64,000 nt of DNA, from NCBI RefSeq assembly GCF_964355755.1, contig NC_092679.1:21745432-21809431 (forward strand). Direction: 5' to 3'. Numbering within the stretch: position 1 is the stretch's first letter; every line of letters begins with the position of its first letter. Origin of the DNA: Antedon mediterranea (Eukaryota > Animalia > Echinodermata). Shown one piece after another: positions 57,919 to 64,000 of the stretch. The position numbers and the translations under genes were made by a program. A model generated the notes under the pieces. That model was given only the letters and a program-made list of their open reading frames with translations. It ran no database searches and had not been told where the DNA came from.

Positions 57919-58680
57919 TGTGATCGTGTATACAGAACGAATGATTTAAAATGCTAAATAAACTTACAAAGGGAACATAACTTATTCGATCGTCTAAGCG
58001 TTATTTTATCGTCTGCTGAGATATTTACGGTCATATAGACATGATACTGCGACGTATATATAGCTCGATATTTTCTTAGAACTATCTATATACAGGATTT
58101 ATTGTAAAAAGTGTGAATAGTCAAATAGTGTAGGGTATATTATACTGGTAATTCAAATACAGAATGACGTACATATTGCTCTGAAGGGCACGGAACTACT
58201 GAATTGAAATAAAATGCATAATAAACATTAGACCTAGACCTGCTTAATGTATACAATTTAAAACTATACCACTATGCACGATAACTTATTACCGTCTTCA
58301 AGTTGATTGGGTATAATTCGATAGGAGGCGGATTAAAAAGATATTCAATAATAGTTCATTATCGAAACTGGGATACTTAGGATAAAATAATACAAATATG
58401 ATAATAGGTTTAATGATAAATTATAATTAGTATATATATAGATGGAGCGAAAACTTATTTTAGATGGCTACTTAATTTGCTATAACTTAATTTTGGTATA
58501 TGTAGCCTATGCAATTGTATAAATTGTAAAATAATTTCTATTTGTATGTAAAGCTTTAACCAAATGGTTTGATATATTGTTTTATATAGGGCCTAGATAT
58601 TAAACGTAATATTTAGATACGAATGTTAACATATTTGAATGTTTTTGTAGTTTTTAATTTAAAAGAAATTAGCATGTGTT

Positions 58681-58769
58681 TACGGGGCGCCGTCCGACAC
58701 TATTCATTCTGTCCCGAAAACCGTGGTTTGCAGGATAATGTACGGTAGTGTGTCGGAAAGCGCCCCGTA
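58681..58769. mobile_element. Small (~85 bp) TA-flanked inverted-repeat element (MITE-like)
   Basis: ta-CGGGGCGC..TCCGACAC...GTGTCGGA..GCGCCCCG-ta. Confidence 0.55.
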
Positions 58770-59682
58770 CTTATATTATCATGGTTTTAGACTTTTTAAA
58801 TTTCATTCGTTGAAAAGTGGATGTAATTTTTACAATCTTCAGCCTGCAAAAGGTAGAGTTTTCTAAAGTTGGAATGTTAAGTGATACGCAGCAGAACAGA
58901 ATAAATCCAAAACCCACGATTATTGGTGTCGTTAATTTACTCATTTACGTCAATTGTGAAATACATAATTATATTAGGAGTCAAACAAAAGTAGGACTTT
59001 TGATGTGTTGTGTTTTTGAGAGGTCATAAAATTACGCGCTGCCCTAGGCCGATTCACCACCTCGCAGCTGTTGATGTTCAAGCCGGACCAAGAGCAATAT
59101 CTTCGGCACGTACGGTGATACAGAGATACCAGTGAACGTGTGCAGACGGGACTTAAACGTTTCCCCCTGCGGTCCCTTCGTGTGCGGGGTGTATTATGCG
59201 TATAACAACATCGGAAATCAGCGATATTAATTCACTCACCTGATTGGTAAGAATGCATTAAAGTGACATTGATGAGACTTGTTGAAGCCGCAAATGTTTA
59301 TCAAAACAATAATGATATATAATTATAATATTATTAATAGTAATGATAATAAATAATCGTGTTTATCATAAAACACACTAATATTATTGTAGTATTAAAT
59401 AAATTACTTTGGTTTATTTCAAATTTGAATTTGGGATTTCGAATCTTAGGCCTCTTAAAGTAACCATCTAATCAAGATATTCGGTTTCGGAGGTTATCAT
59501 TTGATTACGATGATGTTAATGGCAATGTAGTAAATGATGATGTTAATAATGATGATGACCATGATGATGACCATGATGATGATAACGATTATGACGACAC
59601 GACGACGATGACAATGGTAAGCTATTGAGCGCGGATGTTGACAGTACTGATGTTGAAATGAAACGAAATGACGGGGACATTA

Positions 59683-59841
59683 AGCCGATTTTCCACTAGG
59701 CGAATTTGTTCGCGCGAATCAAACGCGCCAGCTTGTACGCATGTGTATTCATGTTTACATCTTCCAAATCCTTCTCTACGCATGCGTATTAGCTGACGCC
59801 TTCGATTCGCGCGAACAAATTCGCCTAGTGGAAAATCGGCT
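59683..59841. mobile_element. Young PIF/Harbinger MITE, 159 bp, perfect 38-bp TIRs, TTA target-site duplication
   Basis: tta-AGCCGATTTTCCACTAGGCGAATTTGTTCGCGCGAATC...GATTCGCGCGAACAAATTCGCCTAGTGGAAAATCGGCT-tta. Confidence 0.88.
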
Positions 59842-59851
59842 TTATGGTATG

Positions 59852-60040
59852 ATAATTGACACTTATTGATGCGATCTTCTTCGAAAAACTTGGTTTTACA
59901 ACCGTTTTTGTACTTTGTTTTTACGTTAGGCAAGACATGATCAATAATTGACATTTGTGTAAGGTGAGACAATCTCCTTCGAAAAACATTTTTTTTACAA
60001 CCGTTTTTTCTACTTTGTTTTGACGTTAGGCAAGACATGA
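59852..60040. repeat. ~100-bp tandem duplication (2 copies)
   Basis: ataattgaca..ttcgaaaaac..ttttacaaccgttttt.tactttgtttt.acgttaggcaagacatga occurs twice. Confidence 0.75.
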
Positions 60041-60764
60041 CCACATTGCATTTGCAGAGTCATTAATCACTTAGGCCTAATAATCACATATAAAAACAAC
60101 AACGCGAGATTCACCTTATCCAATTAGTACCAATATCACATCCTTATGGTATCATCCAAGTCTAATATTTCAAAATACTTACAATTTATCTAAATATAGT
60201 TAATAACCTATGGAGGGGATGCAATTAAGCCGGCGCGTTGCGAACCCCACCCCGGGGCAAATGTTGCAGAAAAATGAAAGTGTCACAAAATACACATACA
60301 AGACATAAAACCGATCATAATACGGATGCTAAGTTGTTTTGACCCGCGTTATAAGATATGTCTTGATGTGTTATACGAACTATGATATTTCCTAGCCCTT
60401 CGTCCCATATTCGTGTAAAGTTACGACATCAAGGCGACCAACAGATGTAACTTACGGCGTATTATGTAAAATGATTTGCGCGTATTATTAAAAGCTGCTA
60501 AACGAATTAGTTGACTGAATATTTTTGTTCGAGTTCATTTTCTACATTCTACCTTTTTAAATAGGATTCGAGAACCAAAATTTGAATTTAAGTCTAATTC
60601 TATTATATTTATTGTTTAAGATTATAGTTAACTCTGTTCTTGAACTTTTCAGACAATAATATCTGTATCAATGGTCTTTGAAACTAAAATAAGAATTCGT
60701 TAATTCAAACTATTAGTAGGCCTCGTATTCCCCTTTCCCTGGGCCTGGATCCGCCCCTGAAAAC

Positions 60765-61400
60765 TACCGAGTAGGCTACCGGTATACATTTTAAAATATA
60801 CTTGCACTATCACATCAACAAACATGGTGTTCTTGTTTACGTATATTACAATAACTCCCTGATAGGCATATTATTACCGAAATAAAAACACGGAAAATCC
60901 ACCGAGTAGGCATATAGGCCTACATTTTAAAATTATTTGCACAATCATGGTGTTCTTGTTTACATTATACATGTATTACAAATAACTCGACAGGCATATT
61001 ATTTTTAAAAAAACACGGAAAATCCACCAAGTATATATTTTTTTAAATACAACTTGCACAATCATGGCTACATCTCCAAACACGGTGTTCCTGTTTACAC
61101 ATACAATACGCCTTATTCGCGAAACGGAAGAAATCTTCGATCAATACTGTGCAGGGAAATGTATGGGGTGCCAAATATTGCCATTTGATGGCGCCCGATA
61201 CGTTTCCTCATGCAGAGCATTGTTTGTCATCGCTCGAAGATATCTTCCGTTTGGTAAAAATAGTCGTACTAGCCTACTCGACAGAATTATACCGAAATAA
61301 AAACAGTAACAGAAATCAACCCAGTATACATTTCAAAATATACGCGCGCACAATGGCTTCAAACGTGATGTTCTTGTTCACATACATCATTACAATTACT
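60765..61400 (+). repeat. Four diverged tandem copies of the lectin-gene 5' leader plus start/signal-peptide unit
   Basis: tacattttaaaat..tgcac..atgg..tgttcttgtttac recurs at ~60828, 60951, 61086 and 61369; only the last is in frame with the CDS. Confidence 0.7.
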
Positions 61401-62876
61401 ACAGTATTTTCCTGTCAAGAAGGCTGGTTGTCGTTCCAAGATAGCTGTTACAAGATTGGGTCAAGAAGAAGGTCCTGGGCAAACGCTAGATCAAACTGTT
61501 TGGCACTAGGTGCAAACTTGGTTGTGGTCAGGAACCAAGCGGAAAATGACTTTCTTTACAATATGAGAAGCGACCTATGGATAGGCTTATCAGATGTGGA
61601 GAGTGAGAGTGACTTCACATGGGTCTCGACAGAATGCAGTCAATATGACAATTTTGAAGCCGCTGAACCAAACAATGATGGTGGAAACGAAGATTGTGTA
61701 GAGCTCTACACAACTTCTGGCAAATGGAATGATATTCCTTGTAACTCAACAAGAGCTTATGTGTGTGAAATAAGTAACTTCGAAGACCGGAAACCACCTT
61801 CATACGGGTCATCCTGTCCAAATGATATTCATCTTCTCACAAAACCAAATGAAAGAAGACTAAATGTGTATTGGCAACCTCCCGTGTGGACAGACGATTC
61901 CTCTTGTTTCTCCAATACCAGTAACACTCATTCTCCTGGTGAAGTAATTGAAATACCAAATGGAGTTTTAGGAAAAACAATCACTGTTGAGTATACGGCA
62001 ACCGATATGGTTGGACGATCCAATACATGTTCATTCAACATAGCAGTATCAATATTTGCATCCTGTCCAGAAGGCTGGTTGTCGTTCCAAGATAGTTGTT
62101 ACAAGTTTGAGTCAAGAAGAAGGTCCTGGCCAGACGCTAGATCAAACTGTTTAGAACTAGGTGCAAACTTGGTTGTGGTCAGGAACAAAGCAGAAAATGA
62201 CTTTCTTTACAATATGGGAAGCGACCTATGGATAGGCCTATCAGATGTGGAGCGTGAGAGTGACTTCACATGGGTCTCGACAGAATGCAGTCAATATGAC
62301 AATTTTGAAGTCGCTGAACCAAACAATGATGGTGGAATCGAAGATTGTGTAGAGCTCTACACAACTTCTGGCAAATGGAATGATATTCCTTGTAACTCAA
62401 CAAGAGCTTATGTGTGTGAAATAAGTAACTTCGAAGACCGGAAACCACCTTCATACGGGTCATCCTGTCCAAATGATATTCATCTTCTCACAAAACCAAA
62501 TGAAAGAAGAGTAAATGTGTTTTGGCAACCTCCCGTGTGGACAGACGATTCCTCTTGTTTCTCCAATACCAGTAACACTCATTCTCCTGGTGAATTAATT
62601 GAAATACCAAATGGAGTTTTAGGAGAAATAATGACTGTTGAGTACACGGCAACGGATATGGTTGGACGCTCGAACAAATGTTTATTCAACATAACAGTAG
62701 AGCTTAATATTGAAGATGGTCCAACTGGCCAAGTTTACTGGGTAGTGGTAGTGGTAAGCCTATCAGTTACAGTTTTAATCTTGATAGGTATAATAATTAA
62801 AGTTGTACGACGAAACCGTGGCAATGAAAAAGAGTCTTCGGCGGTGCATTTCAACATACTAAAAACAGTCGATTAA
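61353..62876 (+). CDS. Intronless type-I membrane C-type lectin receptor: signal peptide-(CTLD-HYR)x2-TM-short tail, 507 aa
   Basis: ATG at 61353 (MASNVMFLFTYIITITTVFS signal-like); two CTLDs (C.EGW..FQDSCY, WIGLSD, EPN, EDCVE, WND.PC, YVCE); two HYR-like domains (DRKPP...CP.DI...V.W.PP..TD...PG...T.V.YTATD..G....C.FNI.V); 651-bp internal duplication (61413 vs 62064); TM VYWVVVVVSLSVTVLILIGIII followed by basic KVVRRNR. Confidence 0.88.
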   Translation: MASNVMFLFTYIITITTVFSCQEGWLSFQDSCYKIGSRRRSWANARSNCLALGANLVVVRNQAENDFLYNMRSDLWIGLSDVESESDFTWVSTECSQYDNFEAAEPNNDGGNEDCVELYTTSGKWNDIPCNSTRAYVCEISNFEDRKPPSYGSSCPNDIHLLTKPNERRLNVYWQPPVWTDDSSCFSNTSNTHSPGEVIEIPNGVLGKTITVEYTATDMVGRSNTCSFNIAVSIFASCPEGWLSFQDSCYKFESRRRSWPDARSNCLELGANLVVVRNKAENDFLYNMGSDLWIGLSDVERESDFTWVSTECSQYDNFEVAEPNNDGGIEDCVELYTTSGKWNDIPCNSTRAYVCEISNFEDRKPPSYGSSCPNDIHLLTKPNERRVNVFWQPPVWTDDSSCFSNTSNTHSPGELIEIPNGVLGEIMTVEYTATDMVGRSNKCLFNITVELNIEDGPTGQVYWVVVVVSLSVTVLILIGIIIKVVRRNRGNEKESSAVHFNILKTVD

Positions 62877-63036
62877 GCTAGTATCGGTACTGTTTTAATT
62901 GTTTTAATTGTCGTAGACCTTTATGATATTTTAACTTGCTTTCTAAAAGTTGTTTTAATTCTTATAATGGTTTTATACATGTATGTACTGCGCATTGATT
63001 GGATATATGGCGCATTGTAAATGCTTTTATTACCCG

Positions 63037-63038
<2 letters not shown>

Positions 63039-63096
<58 letters not shown>

Positions 63097-63099
63097 TTA

Positions 63100-63138
<39 letters not shown>
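63039..63138. repeat. (TAT)n microsatellite
   Basis: ~33 TAT units with two interruptions. Confidence 0.95.
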
Positions 63139-63139
<1 letters not shown>

Positions 63140-64000
63140 TGTAAATAAAAACAATATTTTAAGAAATTAGATATTTTTACGACGGCTTCGTAAACACGTT
63201 TGATATTTTGAAGTTATGATTATAATTTCCAATTGACAAACCAGTTTAATTAATAAATATATGGTAGACATAAAACTCTATCTCGCATCGTATACTGTTT
63301 GTATGAATAAATATGTATGTTTTTAAAGCAAATTCGAATTGATTTCAATAACTTTTGTAAAAGTGGGACAGATCTTTGTCAATGAGTTTGACATACAGGC
63401 CTAACAACACCGTACTACAGCTGTACAGCCATAAAACGTATTATATGACACTGGTGATGCTCACTGTATTTCTTATTCTCACGTCTCCTTTAGAAAAAAT
63501 GTTATAATATTTATTATTTCAACATGTCATCAGCATGTTTATGCCCGCATATTACCCTTGTCTAGAAAATCAAATCAAGTTTGTTATGTGAATAATTTCA
63601 TCTTCATTGTCTCTTGTGGCCTCCATTTGCCTTTAGGTGCGTTGGTGAAACTTCTGTCTTGTTTCTTTCTTATACACACAATTATTACTGTGAAGATCCC
63701 CTGCGATTAAAGAGACTCAGTTTTTCGTTTTTAAAGTTGAGATGTCGATGAGTGACCCCCACGAAGATATACTATAATCTGACGCGCGTGCTCAAATACA
63801 CAACGCGTGCGTACAGTTTTCGTTAACTTCGTAAAATGCGCGCTCTCTCTTTCTTCTGTTAAAGACAATTAAGTACAACTTTAAATCTTCACAAGCAAAG
63901 AAGTAACGCACCTGTACTACAGATGTATTTCATTTCATATCTTGCCGCAATATATTTATCTAGCCTGCAGAATACAGAAAATTCGCGAATGATTTTGTTC

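Noticed and set aside
61149-61352. 68-aa N-terminal extension of the lectin ORF in the ORF track
   Set aside because: Starts at GTG; the ATG at 61353 directly precedes a signal-peptide-like stretch
62921-63154. Poly-Ile ORF
   Set aside because: (TAT)n microsatellite

Overview
AT-rich eukaryotic genomic DNA with GT-AG introns, probably from an invertebrate deuterostome such as an echinoderm (inferred from Deu/Nin-type SINEs, a HYR-domain protein and the gene content). Exon models assembled by hand with consistent intron phases give five protein-coding genes: (1) the 3' part of TALPID3/KIAA0586 (+, 3705-23704), with a 5'-truncated CR1/L2-group LINE and many MITEs in its introns; (2) MAP1LC3C (-, 4 exons, 124 aa, ending directly at Gly); (3) TAF6L (-, 10 exons); (4) the homeobox gene Hlx (+, 4 exons); (5) an intronless type-I membrane protein with two tandem C-type-lectin/HYR modules (+). 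Between TAF6L and Hlx is an array of 10 full-length tRNA-Arg(TCG) genes plus decayed copies. The most unusual observations are an 18-unit heptapeptide repeat exon in Hlx, an intronic duplicate of the LC3C C-terminus with the essential Gly changed to Glu that could be spliced in frame, a 2.2-kb all-palindrome modular satellite, a decayed tRNA copy with an opal (TCA) anticodon, inverted MITEs bracketing a frame-preserving 297-nt exon pair of TALPID3, and serially duplicated start/signal-peptide units upstream of the lectin gene. No database searches were run; gene names come from recognised protein motifs.
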